Shown here in pieces: positions 54,535 through 64,000 of a stretch of DNA of 64,000 nucleotides. The stretch lies in assembly GCA_038279365.1 (NCBI GenBank), contig JAYODI010000010.1, forward strand, positions 34,762 through 98,761, in the 5' to 3' direction. The first letter of the stretch is position 1, and the number at the start of each line of letters is the position of its first letter. Origin of the DNA: Candidatus Latescibacterota bacterium (GTDB lineage: Bacteria > Latescibacterota > UBA2968). The position numbers were made by a program, and so were the translations under genes. The notes beneath the pieces were generated by a model. That model saw nothing but the letters and a program-made list of their open reading frames with translations, was not told where the DNA came from and ran no database searches.

Positions 54535-55467
54535 ATGCGTATCATCACCCCAACCGAAGCGATTGATTTTAAAAAGCCTGTAGTAACCGTTGGCACATTC
54601 GACGGCGTTCATGTCGGGCATGCTGCTGTTATTGCATCTGTTCTTTCACATGCCAAAGAGATTCAGGGCACGTCTGTTGTTATCACATTCGATCCGCATC
54701 CTCGAAAATTTATAGATGGAGCCCATGCACCAGGTCTATTGACCACCTTATCGGAAAAGTGTGCGCGGTTTGAGGCGCTGGGGCTTGATGTGTTGGTTGT
54801 TGTGCCATTTGATGAATCATTGAGACAGCTTTCCCCCGATGCATTTGTTCAGCGCTACTTGGCAGACTGGTTGCATGTCAATCACGTTATTGTTGGCTAT
54901 GACCATGGTTTTGGAAAAGATCGCCAAGGTGGTTACGATACCATGTGCACACTTGGCAATCGGTTTGGTTTTCAAGTCACATCGGTAGAACCCAGTGTTG
55001 TAGGCAATGGTCCCATTAGCAGCACGCGTATTCGGGAGGCATTACTATCTGGGCGTTTTGATGAAGCAGTCACCCTTTTGGGAGGAGGGTTTCCCGTTTG
55101 GGGTGTGGTCGAAAAAGGAGATGGGCGCGGAACGGGGTTGGGGTTTCCCACTGCCAATGTGACGGTGAATCCTTCAGAAAAACTTTTGCCACCCTTGGGT
55201 GTTTATGCCGCTTTGGTTCGTTTAGACCAAGTATTTCAGGCGGTTGTAAATGTTGGGCATCGCCCCACTTTTAATGGACAACATTGGACTTTTGAAGTAC
55301 ATCTTCTCAATTTTTCAGGCAACTTATACGGACAAATGCTTCAAGTTGAATTGGTTCACCATATGAGGGATGAGTACAAATTTGAGAGTAAGGAAGCACT
55401 GGTCGGACAAATAAACACAGATATCAAGATTGCGAAACACTGGTTTTCGCAACGTCATTCACAATAA
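54535..55467 (+). CDS. ribF: Bifunctional riboflavin kinase/FAD synthetase
   Basis: [22 protein letters not shown] and GFPTAN motifs. Confidence 0.95.
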   Translation: MRIITPTEAIDFKKPVVTVGTFDGVHVGHAAVIASVLSHAKEIQGTSVVITFDPHPRKFIDGAHAPGLLTTLSEKCARFEALGLDVLVVVPFDESLRQLSPDAFVQRYLADWLHVNHVIVGYDHGFGKDRQGGYDTMCTLGNRFGFQVTSVEPSVVGNGPISSTRIREALLSGRFDEAVTLLGGGFPVWGVVEKGDGRGTGLGFPTANVTVNPSEKLLPPLGVYAALVRLDQVFQAVVNVGHRPTFNGQHWTFEVHLLNFSGNLYGQMLQVELVHHMRDEYKFESKEALVGQINTDIKIAKHWFSQRHSQ

Positions 55468-55483
55468 GTATGGAGGTTGTATT

Positions 55484-55753
55484 GTGGCACTAACGAAGGA
55501 AAAAAAGGTCGAGATTATCGGTCAGTATGGTTTGCGCGAGGGCGATACGGGTTCTGCGCAAGCACAAATTGCATTGTTGACCGAGCGGATTCAACAACTC
55601 ACAGGGCATTCACAAGCACACGCGAAAGATCATCACTCGCGCCGTGGGTTGTTAAAATTGGTTGGGCAACGTCGTCGTTTGTTGCGGTATCTTCAAAAGA
55701 AAAATTTAGTGGGGTATCGCGAATTGGTAGCCCAACTTGGTTTGCGCGGGTAA
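55484..55753 (+). CDS. rpsO: 30S ribosomal protein uS15
   Basis: DTGS...QIALLT and [28 protein letters not shown]. Confidence 0.97.
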   Translation: MALTKEKKVEIIGQYGLREGDTGSAQAQIALLTERIQQLTGHSQAHAKDHHSRRGLLKLVGQRRRLLRYLQKKNLVGYRELVAQLGLRG

Positions 55754-55756
55754 GTT

Positions 55757-55825
55757 AGACGGTTTCGTACCAGAGGTTGGTAACATTCTTAGCAACTCGG
55801 CTTAAGACGCTGGTGCGATGCGTTT
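55757..55825 (+). promoter_or_regulatory. Structured rpsO-pnp intergenic leader
   Basis: TCGTACCAG/CTGGTGCGA stem with inner and outer helices. Confidence 0.5.
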
Positions 55826-55848
55826 TCATAGGAATAGGAGTTTATTGG

Positions 55849-57948
55849 ATGGTAGAAAAAGTAGCGTTGGATAACGATGGTAGAGTGTTGTCAATTGAAA
55901 CGGGACTGGTTGGGAAACAGGCTCACGGCGCAGTGTGGATGCGACATGGCGATACGATTGTATTGGTAGCGGTGGTTTCAGATAATCGCCCTTCAAATTT
56001 TGATTTTTTCCCATTGCAAGTAGATTACCGTGAAAAGTTTTATGCCGGTGGTCGCATTCCGGGTAACTTTTTTAAACGTGAAGGTGCCCCATCAACCGCC
56101 GAAAAATTGCACGCGCGTTTGATTGATCATCAAATTCGACCATTGTTTCCAAAAGCGTACAATTTTGAAACACAAGTATATGTCACTGTTTTGTCATACG
56201 ATGGCGTCAATGACCCTGCCGTATTGGCCATGACGGGTGCCTCTGCTGCCTTGAGTATTTCTAATATTCCCTTCGATGGACCCATTGGTGCCGTGCGTGT
56301 TGGGCGTATAGATGGTCAATTCAAGGTCAACCCCACACTTGGTGAATTGGACGAAAGCGATGTAAATATTGTTGTGTCTGGCAACCGTGAATCTATTATT
56401 TCTGTAGAGGGCGAATTTCACGAAGTGGCCGATGCCGATATTTTGGATGCATTGAAGATTGCACATGAAGGTATTATTGAAGTGATTGAGCTTCAAGACA
56501 AACTGGTTGCAAAAGTTGGCAAAGAAAAACGGGTGGTTGAAGAACCCGAAGTCAATGAAGAGTTGGTTGCTGCTGTAAAAGAAAAAGCAGCAGAACGCGT
56601 CAAAGACGCCAATCGCACACCCGATAAATTAGAACGCGAACAATTGTTGCGCGAATTGGGCGATGAGATTAAAGAAGCATTGGCCGAAGCATTTCCCGAA
56701 TCTGAAGGCCAAATTAGCAGCGCATTTGATGGCATTGTGAAAAAAGATATGCGCGCAATGATTTTGGACGAAAAGCGCCGTATTGATGGTCGCTCAGTTG
56801 ACGAAGTGCGCCAAATTTCAATACATTTGGGTGTTTTGCCTCGCACACATGGGTCTGCCATATTTACCCGCGGTCAAACACAGGCCTTATGTGTGGCCAC
56901 TTTGGGTAGCAAAATGGACACCCGCATGGTGGATGATTTGTCGGGCAAGTCTTTCCAAAGCTTTATGCTCGATTACAATTTCCCCAACTGGAGCGTGGGG
57001 GAAACGGGTCGTATTTCTGCCCCTGGTCGGCGTGAAATTGGCCACGGTTCATTGGCTGAAAAAGCCATTGAATCTGTGATTCCTTCTGAAGAAAATTTCC
57101 CATACACCATTCGTTTGGTTTCAGAAATCACCGAGTCGAACAGTTCTTCATCTATGGCCACTGTTTGTGGTGGATCCTTGGCATTGATGGATGCTGGCGT
57201 GCCCATCAAAACCCATGTTGCAGGTGCCGGTGTTGGTTTGGTCATGGAAGGTGATAAGTGGGTTGTTTTGACAGATATTTTGGGAGAAGAAGATCACTTA
57301 GGGGATATGGATCTCAAAATTACTGGTACCAAAAATGGTCTCACAGCCATTCAGATGGACATTAAAATTGGCGGTGTGAGTTTTGATATTTTGCAAGTGG
57401 CATTTGAACGTGCCCGTGGCGCACTCAACCATATTTTGGGCCTTATGAATGACGCCATCAGTACGCACCGTTCTGCTTTGTCTGAGTTTGCACCTCGTAT
57501 TTTGTCCATCAAAATTGATCAGTCGAAAATTGGTGCGGTTATTGGCCCAGGTGGCAAAACCATCCGCAGCATTGAAGAGACTGGCGCAACCGTTACGGTT
57601 GAAGACGATGGGATGGTCACAGTCACATCGGTTGATGCGGCTGCTGGGGAAAAAGCAATGGGTATGATCCGTGCTTTGGTTGAAGATCCTGAAGTGGGTG
57701 CCACATATGATGGTACTGTCCGACGGATCACAGACTTTGGTGCGTTTATCGAAATTCTGCCAGGCAAAGATGGATTGTGTCATATCTCCGAATTGGAACA
57801 CCACCGTGTGCGCAAAGTAGATGATGTGCTCAAAGAAGGTGAAAAAGTGCGTGTTAAAGTGATCGGGATTGACGATCAGGGCAAAATTCGATTGAGCCGC
57901 AAAGCATTAATCGAAGCTCCCAAAGGTGATTCTGACAAGCAAGAGTAG
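55849..57948 (+). CDS. pnp: Polyribonucleotide nucleotidyltransferase
   Basis: DFFPL.VDY.E, RTHGSA.FTRGQTQ and EDHLGDMD.K motifs, with KH and S1 domains. Confidence 0.97.
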   Translation: MVEKVALDNDGRVLSIETGLVGKQAHGAVWMRHGDTIVLVAVVSDNRPSNFDFFPLQVDYREKFYAGGRIPGNFFKREGAPSTAEKLHARLIDHQIRPLFPKAYNFETQVYVTVLSYDGVNDPAVLAMTGASAALSISNIPFDGPIGAVRVGRIDGQFKVNPTLGELDESDVNIVVSGNRESIISVEGEFHEVADADILDALKIAHEGIIEVIELQDKLVAKVGKEKRVVEEPEVNEELVAAVKEKAAERVKDANRTPDKLEREQLLRELGDEIKEALAEAFPESEGQISSAFDGIVKKDMRAMILDEKRRIDGRSVDEVRQISIHLGVLPRTHGSAIFTRGQTQALCVATLGSKMDTRMVDDLSGKSFQSFMLDYNFPNWSVGETGRISAPGRREIGHGSLAEKAIESVIPSEENFPYTIRLVSEITESNSSSSMATVCGGSLALMDAGVPIKTHVAGAGVGLVMEGDKWVVLTDILGEEDHLGDMDLKITGTKNGLTAIQMDIKIGGVSFDILQVAFERARGALNHILGLMNDAISTHRSALSEFAPRILSIKIDQSKIGAVIGPGGKTIRSIEETGATVTVEDDGMVTVTSVDAAAGEKAMGMIRALVEDPEVGATYDGTVRRITDFGAFIEILPGKDGLCHISELEHHRVRKVDDVLKEGEKVRVKVIGIDDQGKIRLSRKALIEAPKGDSDKQE

Positions 57949-57995
57949 CGCAAATCCGACCGATCTTGGGTTGCAATATTCTTTTTAAGTGACAG

Positions 57996-58026
57996 AGAAG
58001 ACGATCGGTATTACCGGTCGTCTTTT
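57996..58026 (+). terminator. Hairpin/terminator after pnp
   Basis: AAGACGATCGGT-ATT-ACCGGTCGTCTTTT. Confidence 0.6.
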
Positions 58027-58051
58027 CGCTTTTGTGGTTGGAGGATGTGGG

Positions 58052-59299
58052 ATGGCTTTGATGCCGGCCTTGAGTGGGGTGTATCAAAAAACTTGCTTAG
58101 ATAATGGCCTACGTGTTATTACGGAGTCTGTTCCCTTTGTGAGGTCTATTGCATTGGGTGTTTGGATAGACGTGGGGTCTCGTGATGAGAAATTGGCAGA
58201 TCGAGGCATTTCCCACTTCTTGGAACATATGTTGTTTAAAGGAACACATCATCGCAATACATTTGAAATTGCACACAGTTTAGAATCTTTGGGCGGATCA
58301 CTCGATGCATTTACGTCGCGTGATGTAACCTGTTTTCATGTAAGGTGCCTCGACGAGCACCTTCCCGAATCTTTGGATGTGATTGCAGATATGCTTCGGC
58401 ATTCCATTTTTGACAGGGATGAAACAGAAAAGGAAAAAAGGGTTGTTCTGGAAGAAATTCAAACTGTAGAAGATACGCCAGATGACTTCATACACGATCT
58501 TTTTGCACAGTCTGTTTGGGGAGATCACCCCGTTGGTGCTCCTATTATGGGCATACCGGAAACGGTGTTGGGGTTTACGCGAGACAAATTAATCAATTTT
58601 CTCGATCAATATTATCACCCCGAACGCATGGTGATTGCTGTGGCTGGCAATGTCGATCACAATCAGGTGGTTGATCTTTCAGCGCGCTTATTTGATTATC
58701 CTGCGTCAAAACCCAAGCCTTTAAAACGTAAAAAACCAGCACGGGTTATGCCTGCAAGTCAACATTTTCAGCGCGATATTGGACAAACACATATTTGTTT
58801 GGGGACAACGGCCTGTTCGTATACACATCCGCACCGTTATGAACAACTCATTGCCAATACGGCATTGGGAGAAGGCATGAGTTCTCGGTTGTTTCAGGAA
58901 ATTAGAGAGCGCCAAGGATTGGCCTATGCGGTTTATTCTTATTTAGAAATGTTGGAAGATACGGGACTTTTTGGAACCTATATGGCCTGTGACAGTGGGC
59001 GCGTTGAAGAAGCTGTTGATCGAACATTACAGGAAATAAAACAACTGCGCCAAGAGGGGATTACGGATCAAGAATTGGAAAGTTCGAAGGCGCAGTTGCG
59101 AGGGGAACTTATTTTGGGTCAAGAAAGTATGGATAAAAGAATGGGCAGATTGGCCCATCAAGAGATGTATTTAGGGGTATATCGTCCAGCAGAAGAATCT
59201 TTGAATAACATAAATGCAGTCACAAAAGAACGTGTATTAGAGGCTTGTCACAGTCTTTTGGATGTAGAGCATTTGCACCGTGTTACTGTGGGTCCATAG
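58052..59299 (+). CDS. M16 family zinc peptidase (pitrilysin-like)
   Basis: HFLEH (HxxEH) and SSRLFQEIRE..GLAY motifs. Confidence 0.9.
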   Translation: MALMPALSGVYQKTCLDNGLRVITESVPFVRSIALGVWIDVGSRDEKLADRGISHFLEHMLFKGTHHRNTFEIAHSLESLGGSLDAFTSRDVTCFHVRCLDEHLPESLDVIADMLRHSIFDRDETEKEKRVVLEEIQTVEDTPDDFIHDLFAQSVWGDHPVGAPIMGIPETVLGFTRDKLINFLDQYYHPERMVIAVAGNVDHNQVVDLSARLFDYPASKPKPLKRKKPARVMPASQHFQRDIGQTHICLGTTACSYTHPHRYEQLIANTALGEGMSSRLFQEIRERQGLAYAVYSYLEMLEDTGLFGTYMACDSGRVEEAVDRTLQEIKQLRQEGITDQELESSKAQLRGELILGQESMDKRMGRLAHQEMYLGVYRPAEESLNNINAVTKERVLEACHSLLDVEHLHRVTVGP

Positions 59300-59324
59300 C
59301 GTGTTTGTGTGAGAGGAGGATGGT

Positions 59325-60620
59325 TTGGCTGATAAGATTCGAATTTCAGATGTGGCGCAGGCCAATGGGCAAGAGGTGATCATTGAAGGGTGGTTGTACA
59401 ACAAAAGATCAAGTGGTAAGTTGCATTTTCTACAAGTGCGCGATGGGTCTGCCACGATTCAATGTGTTGTGTTTCGGGGCGAAGTTGAACCCGAGGTGTT
59501 TGAAAAGGCGGGAGAACTGAGCCAAGAATCTTCTATTCGGCTACGCGGTTCAGTGCGTGAAGACAAACGTTCTGCTTTAGGATATGAAATTGGGGTGATA
59601 GATATTGAAGTGATACATGTATCAGAGTCGTATCCCATCACACCCAAAGAACATGGCACTGCTTTTTTGATGGACAACCGACATCTGTGGTTGCGTTCGT
59701 CAAGGCAACAAGCGATTATGAAAATTCGCAGTACCATTATTAAGGCCAGCCGCGATTATTTTGACCAAAATGGCTTTTTACTGGTCGATGCACCCATTTT
59801 TACACCTTCTTCTTGTGAAGGTACGTCTACACTGTTTGAAACAGATTATTTTGACGAAAAGGCATTTTTGACCCAAAGTGGCCAATTGTATATGGAAGCA
59901 GCGGCCATGGCCTTTGGTAAGGTTTATTGTTTTGGCCCCACGTTTCGTGCCGAAAAATCAAAAACACGACGCCATCTCACGGAATTTTGGATGATTGAAC
60001 CTGAAGTGGCATATATGGACCTGCAAGGTGATATGGATCTGGCCGAAGATTTTATCAGTTTTGTTGTACAACGTGTTTTGGAAACGCGGCGAACAGAACT
60101 GGAGAGCTTGGAACGAGATTTGGGACCTTTGGAAAAAACAGTGAAGCCCTTTCCGCGCATTTCGTATACCGAAGCCCACGACATGTTACAAAAAGAAGGC
60201 ATAAGTCATACGTGGGGAGATGATTTTGGTGCGGAAGACGAAACGGTTTTGGCCAATAAATTTGATCGCCCCGTGATTGTGCATCGTTACCCCGCTGCCT
60301 GTAAAGCTTTTTATATGAAGGCTGATCCTGAAAACGAGAAGTTGGCATTGTGCATGGATGTATTGGCGCCAGAAGGTTATGGTGAAATCATTGGTGGTGG
60401 GCAAAGAGAAGATGATTTGAAAGTTTTGCAACATAAAATTGCAGAACATGATCTTGATGAGGGGCCTTTTCAGTGGTATTTAGACCTGCGACGATACGGT
60501 TCTGTACCCCATGCAGGTTTTGGTTTAGGTATTGAACGCACAGTGGCTTGGTTATGTGGTTTGTCGCATGTTCGCGAAACCATTCCATTTCCAAGACTTT
60601 TACAAAGATTATACCCTTAA
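59325..60620 (+). CDS. asnS: Asparagine--tRNA ligase
   Basis: [32 protein letters not shown] and GEIIGG.QRE motifs. Confidence 0.95.
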   Translation: MADKIRISDVAQANGQEVIIEGWLYNKRSSGKLHFLQVRDGSATIQCVVFRGEVEPEVFEKAGELSQESSIRLRGSVREDKRSALGYEIGVIDIEVIHVSESYPITPKEHGTAFLMDNRHLWLRSSRQQAIMKIRSTIIKASRDYFDQNGFLLVDAPIFTPSSCEGTSTLFETDYFDEKAFLTQSGQLYMEAAAMAFGKVYCFGPTFRAEKSKTRRHLTEFWMIEPEVAYMDLQGDMDLAEDFISFVVQRVLETRRTELESLERDLGPLEKTVKPFPRISYTEAHDMLQKEGISHTWGDDFGAEDETVLANKFDRPVIVHRYPAACKAFYMKADPENEKLALCMDVLAPEGYGEIIGGGQREDDLKVLQHKIAEHDLDEGPFQWYLDLRRYGSVPHAGFGLGIERTVAWLCGLSHVRETIPFPRLLQRLYP

Positions 60621-60637
60621 TTTTTTAGGAGTGACGC

Positions 60638-63514
60638 ATGGAGCAAGGAGCATATCGCTTTTCGGATATCGAAAAACGGTGGCGAGAGTTTTGGCTTAAA
60701 AACAAAACATTTCGATCTTTGGGGCCTGGTGACAATGGTTTTGATGAGGCCAAACCCAAGTGCTATATCCTCGATATGTTTCCCTATCCCAGCGGATCGG
60801 GTTTGCATATTGGGCATCCCAAGGGGTATATCGCAACGGATATTTACAGTCGTTTTAAACGGATGGAGGGCTACAATGTTTTACATCCGATGGGTTTTGA
60901 TAGTTTTGGTTTGCCCGCAGAAATTTATGCCATTGAAAACAATGTACATCCGGGCATTGTAACGGAACAAAATATCGAAAACATGCGTAATCAGTTGCAA
61001 TTTTTGGGTTTAGGATATGACTGGGATCGTGAAATTGCGACCTCAAGAGAAGATTATTACGAATGGACGCAGTGGATTTTTTTGCAATTGTTTAACAGTT
61101 GGTTTGACCCTGAGTTAAAGTGGACAGATGCGTTGGGACAGGTGCAAGAAGGCCAGGCACGCCCCATTGAAACTCTAATTGATGCATTTGACCAGGGGGG
61201 GCGCACGCTCACTGAGGCTGATTTGGCACTTGTTGGCCAGGTTTCATCAAGTTGGGGCGATCTGAGTGACGGCCAAAAGCAAGCCGTATTAAACAATTAT
61301 CGGTTGGTTTATCAAAATGAAGTGACCGTCAATTGGTGCCCCGCATTGGGCACGGTATTGGCCAATGAAGAGGTGACAAATGAAGGGAAAAGTGAGCGCG
61401 GTGATCACCCCGTTTTTCAACGCCCACTCAAGCAATGGATTATGCGCATTACAGCCTTTGCCGATCGGTTAATTGTTGATTTAGATGCCGATTTACCAGA
61501 CGGCAAAGGGGGCGCATTTAAACTGAACTGGCCAGATGCTGTTAAACGTATGCAAGAAAATTGGATTGGTCGCAGTGAAGGTGCTGAAGTTTTGTTTGAT
61601 GTTATAGACCCTCAATCTGGGAATGTTGCCGATACCTTAAAAGTGTTTACAACGCGCCCAGATACCTTGTTTGGCGCCACATTTATGGTTGTTGCACCAG
61701 AACATCCTTTGGTTCAAATTGATGGCCAGTCTTGTTTGGTACCCGAAGAATGGGCAAGTGATGTGCCCGATGTATGGAAAGGGGATCAGCCAAGTTTGGG
61801 TATACGTGACGCCATCGTATCTTACCAGGAAGCGGCAAAAAAGAAAGAACCTTCCCGAGAAGAAGAAAAAGACAAGACAGGTGTGTTTTCAGGTATTTAT
61901 GGGCGTAATCCAGTAAATGGCGAACACATTCCTATTTTCATTGCTGATTATGTCAGCATGGATTATGGCTCGGGAGCCATAATGGCTGTACCGGCTCATG
62001 ATGACCGCGATTATGCGTTTGCTCAAAAATATGAATTGAAAATCATTGAGGTGGTAAAAGCCCCCGAAGGCGTGGATGAATTGTGTTTTACTGGCAATGG
62101 GATTTCCATTAATTCGCCCAGTAATGGAGAGAGTGCGTTCTCTATTACTGGCAAGCCAACGGCAGAAGCCAAATCATCCATTGTTTCTGCTTTGGTGGCC
62201 AATGGTATTGGCCAAGCCACGGTCAATTATCGGCTGCGCGATTGGATTTTTTCTCGCCAGCGATATTGGGGCGAGCCTTTTCCACTTGCAAGTCATGAGA
62301 CAGGTTATTCTTTGCCTGTTGATATTCCTGTTGTTTTGCCTGAGATGGATGATTTTAGACCCAATTCATCCGATGATCCCAATGCTCCCATCCAACCACC
62401 ATTGGCACGTGCCGATGCTTCTTGGCGTGAAGTATCTGTGGGTGGTGCGGTTTTAGAACGCGAATATAACGTGATGCCACAGTGGGCGGGTTCTTGTTGG
62501 TATTATTTGAGGTTTATCGATCCCAAAAATAAGAATGCCTTTTGTGATCCAAACGGTGAAAAGTATTTTATGCCCGTTGATTTGTATGTGGGCGGGGCAG
62601 AACATGCTGTTCTACATCTGCTATATGCCCGCTTTTGGCATAAGGCCCTCTATGATTTGGGCTATGTTTCTACACCTGAGCCATTTAAAAAATTGTTTAA
62701 TCAAGGTATGATCACTGCAGATGCATTTATTGATGAACGGGGTGTCTATGTCGATATTCGAGAGGTAGAATTTAAAGATGGTGTTCCATTTCATTCTAAA
62801 ACCAATAAAAAGTTAGAACGTTCACCCGGAAAAATGGGAAAACGTTATAAGAATGGATTGCCACCAGAAGAGGTGGGCGCAGAATATGGGGTGGATGCGC
62901 TTCGGCTCTATGAAATGTATATGGGCCCACTCGAAGCCAGCACGCCTTGGAGCATGGATGGTATTCGTGGTATGCAACGGTTTTTACAACGGTTTTGGCG
63001 CAATCTGATTTCTGCTGATGGATCGGTGAAGTTGGGGGGGGAGGTATCTGGTGATTTGGAAAAGGTCATGCACAAAACCATTATCCAAGTGACGGACGAT
63101 ATCGATAATTTGCGTTTTAATACCGCCATTGCACGGTTAATAGAGTTTAACAATTTGTTGGTCGGGCAAGATGAATTGCCCAAAGAATTGGCGCGCAACT
63201 TTTTGCTGATGCTGGCACCATTTGCCCCACATGTTTGTGAAGAAATTTGGCAGATTGCTGGTTTTGATGGGACAAGTATTGCAGATGCGTCTTGGCCAAA
63301 GGGGGATAAATCTTTGGCTGTAGAAGAAACTGTGCAAATTGCCGTTCAAGTAAATGGTAAGATGCGTGCTCGTTTTGATGCTCCAGTAGATGCTTCAAAA
63401 GAAGAACTGCAAAAGTTGGCACTTGAAGAAGAAAATGTAAAAACACACGTGGGCGATAAAACCCTGCGTAAAGTTATAGTTGTTCCCAATAAATTGGTCA
63501 ATATTGTCGTTTAA
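60638..63514 (+). CDS. leuS: Leucine--tRNA ligase
   Basis: DMFPYPSG.GLHIGH, TTRPDTLFG, GGAEHAVLHLLYARF and QVNGK motifs. KMSKS loop reads KMGKR. Confidence 0.97.
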   Translation: MEQGAYRFSDIEKRWREFWLKNKTFRSLGPGDNGFDEAKPKCYILDMFPYPSGSGLHIGHPKGYIATDIYSRFKRMEGYNVLHPMGFDSFGLPAEIYAIENNVHPGIVTEQNIENMRNQLQFLGLGYDWDREIATSREDYYEWTQWIFLQLFNSWFDPELKWTDALGQVQEGQARPIETLIDAFDQGGRTLTEADLALVGQVSSSWGDLSDGQKQAVLNNYRLVYQNEVTVNWCPALGTVLANEEVTNEGKSERGDHPVFQRPLKQWIMRITAFADRLIVDLDADLPDGKGGAFKLNWPDAVKRMQENWIGRSEGAEVLFDVIDPQSGNVADTLKVFTTRPDTLFGATFMVVAPEHPLVQIDGQSCLVPEEWASDVPDVWKGDQPSLGIRDAIVSYQEAAKKKEPSREEEKDKTGVFSGIYGRNPVNGEHIPIFIADYVSMDYGSGAIMAVPAHDDRDYAFAQKYELKIIEVVKAPEGVDELCFTGNGISINSPSNGESAFSITGKPTAEAKSSIVSALVANGIGQATVNYRLRDWIFSRQRYWGEPFPLASHETGYSLPVDIPVVLPEMDDFRPNSSDDPNAPIQPPLARADASWREVSVGGAVLEREYNVMPQWAGSCWYYLRFIDPKNKNAFCDPNGEKYFMPVDLYVGGAEHAVLHLLYARFWHKALYDLGYVSTPEPFKKLFNQGMITADAFIDERGVYVDIREVEFKDGVPFHSKTNKKLERSPGKMGKRYKNGLPPEEVGAEYGVDALRLYEMYMGPLEASTPWSMDGIRGMQRFLQRFWRNLISADGSVKLGGEVSGDLEKVMHKTIIQVTDDIDNLRFNTAIARLIEFNNLLVGQDELPKELARNFLLMLAPFAPHVCEEIWQIAGFDGTSIADASWPKGDKSLAVEETVQIAVQVNGKMRARFDAPVDASKEELQKLALEEENVKTHVGDKTLRKVIVVPNKLVNIVV

Positions 63515-63571
63515 CTCGGCAACAAAGCCTTGGGGTGAGGTTTTTAGTGACAACACTGTTTGAATAGGTAT

Positions 63572-63619
63572 AAAAATAAAAGTGACGCTTTCTCAAATGA
63601 ACGTCACTTTTATTTTTTT
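63572..63619. terminator. Bidirectional terminator between leuS and gcvT
   Basis: AAAAATAAAAGTGACG/CGTCACTTTTATTTTT. Confidence 0.8.
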
Positions 63620-63626
63620 GGAATTT

Positions 63627-63659
63627 AATTAAATATATGAGCAATTATTCAATTAATTG
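63627..63659. repeat. Dispersed intergenic motif, copy 3
   Basis: AATTAAATATATGAGCAATTATTCAATTAATTG, 31/33 identical to 1508-1540. Confidence 0.8.
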
Positions 63660-63697
63660 ATATCATAAAAAATATGCCATTGTGTAAAAAAGTATTT

Positions 63698-64000
63698 TCA
63701 GCGTTTAAAAAATGGACGAGGAACAACCTTGGCTTTTAATTTGCGATTTCTGATGTGAACCCATAATTCTGTGTCAATGTTTGCATATTGTGTGAGCACA
63801 TAACCCATTCCAATACTCTTGTTTATCCAAGGTGCAATGGTGCCACTGGTAATAACACCAATGGGTTCATCTGCTGATGTTATTAATTCATAACCTTGGC
63901 GCAAGATGCCTTTGTCGATCATTTCAAGCATAATAAGCGTTTTTTTCGTGCCGTTTTTGCGTTGTTCTTGAATGATATCTGATCCAATATAATTTCCATC
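63698..64000 (-). CDS. gcvT: Glycine cleavage T protein/aminomethyltransferase, 3' end (truncated by window)
   Basis: R.GY, G.ITSGT..P...SIGMGYV, V.IR and A.VV..PF C-terminal barrel motifs. Confidence 0.8.
   Translation of the reverse strand, partial: DGNYIGSDIIQEQRKNGTKKTLIMLEMIDKGILRQGYELITSADEPIGVITSGTIAPWINKSIGMGYVLTQYANIDTELWVHIRNRKLKAKVVPRPFFKR

Noticed and set aside
1-64000. CRISPR array, cas genes, integrase, transposase, reverse transcriptase or prophage
   Set aside because: No regularly spaced repeats, and no ORF carries recognisable motifs for these.

Overview
A bacterial chromosomal window, mostly + strand coded and visibly G/T-skewed on +. The HU start MTKADIV, a Bacteroidota-type bS22 peptide, a region-1.1-less sigma70 and a DUF6785-like membrane protein suggest an FCB-superphylum lineage such as Latescibacterota (inference only). 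The right third is core machinery: mutL-miaA-tRNA-Gly, DUF512-der-merR, rimP-nusA-infB-DUF503-rbfA-truB-ribF-rpsO-pnp, M16 peptidase-asnS-leuS, and the 3' end of gcvT. The left two thirds hold a hybrid kinase/NarL-type two-component pair, a carbohydrate cluster, a heterodimeric ABC exporter, HU-bS22-tRNA-Arg, a sigma70 paralog, YihY-MlaEFD, two tRNA-Pro genes, a xanthine-dehydrogenase-family operon, ychF, two receiver-HDOD proteins and mobA-PCD-glutaredoxin-UDG. I found no integrase, transposase, CRISPR array or phage genes. The most notable observations are: (1) a MutL with four endonuclease metal ligands substituted; (2) a candidate sRNA with its own promoter, terminator and NarL-type boxes directly after the two-component pair; (3) a family of membrane-anchored coiled-coil paralogs, one fused to a receiver domain; (4) two convergent paralogous small proteins, one absent from the ORF track; (5) a 24-33 bp motif dispersed in three intergenic regions; (6) a 6S-like hairpin RNA and other structured RNA candidates; (7) a basic 35-aa peptide embedded in frame at the end of an outer-membrane barrel ORF. 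All family names come from motif recognition by eye, not from database searches.
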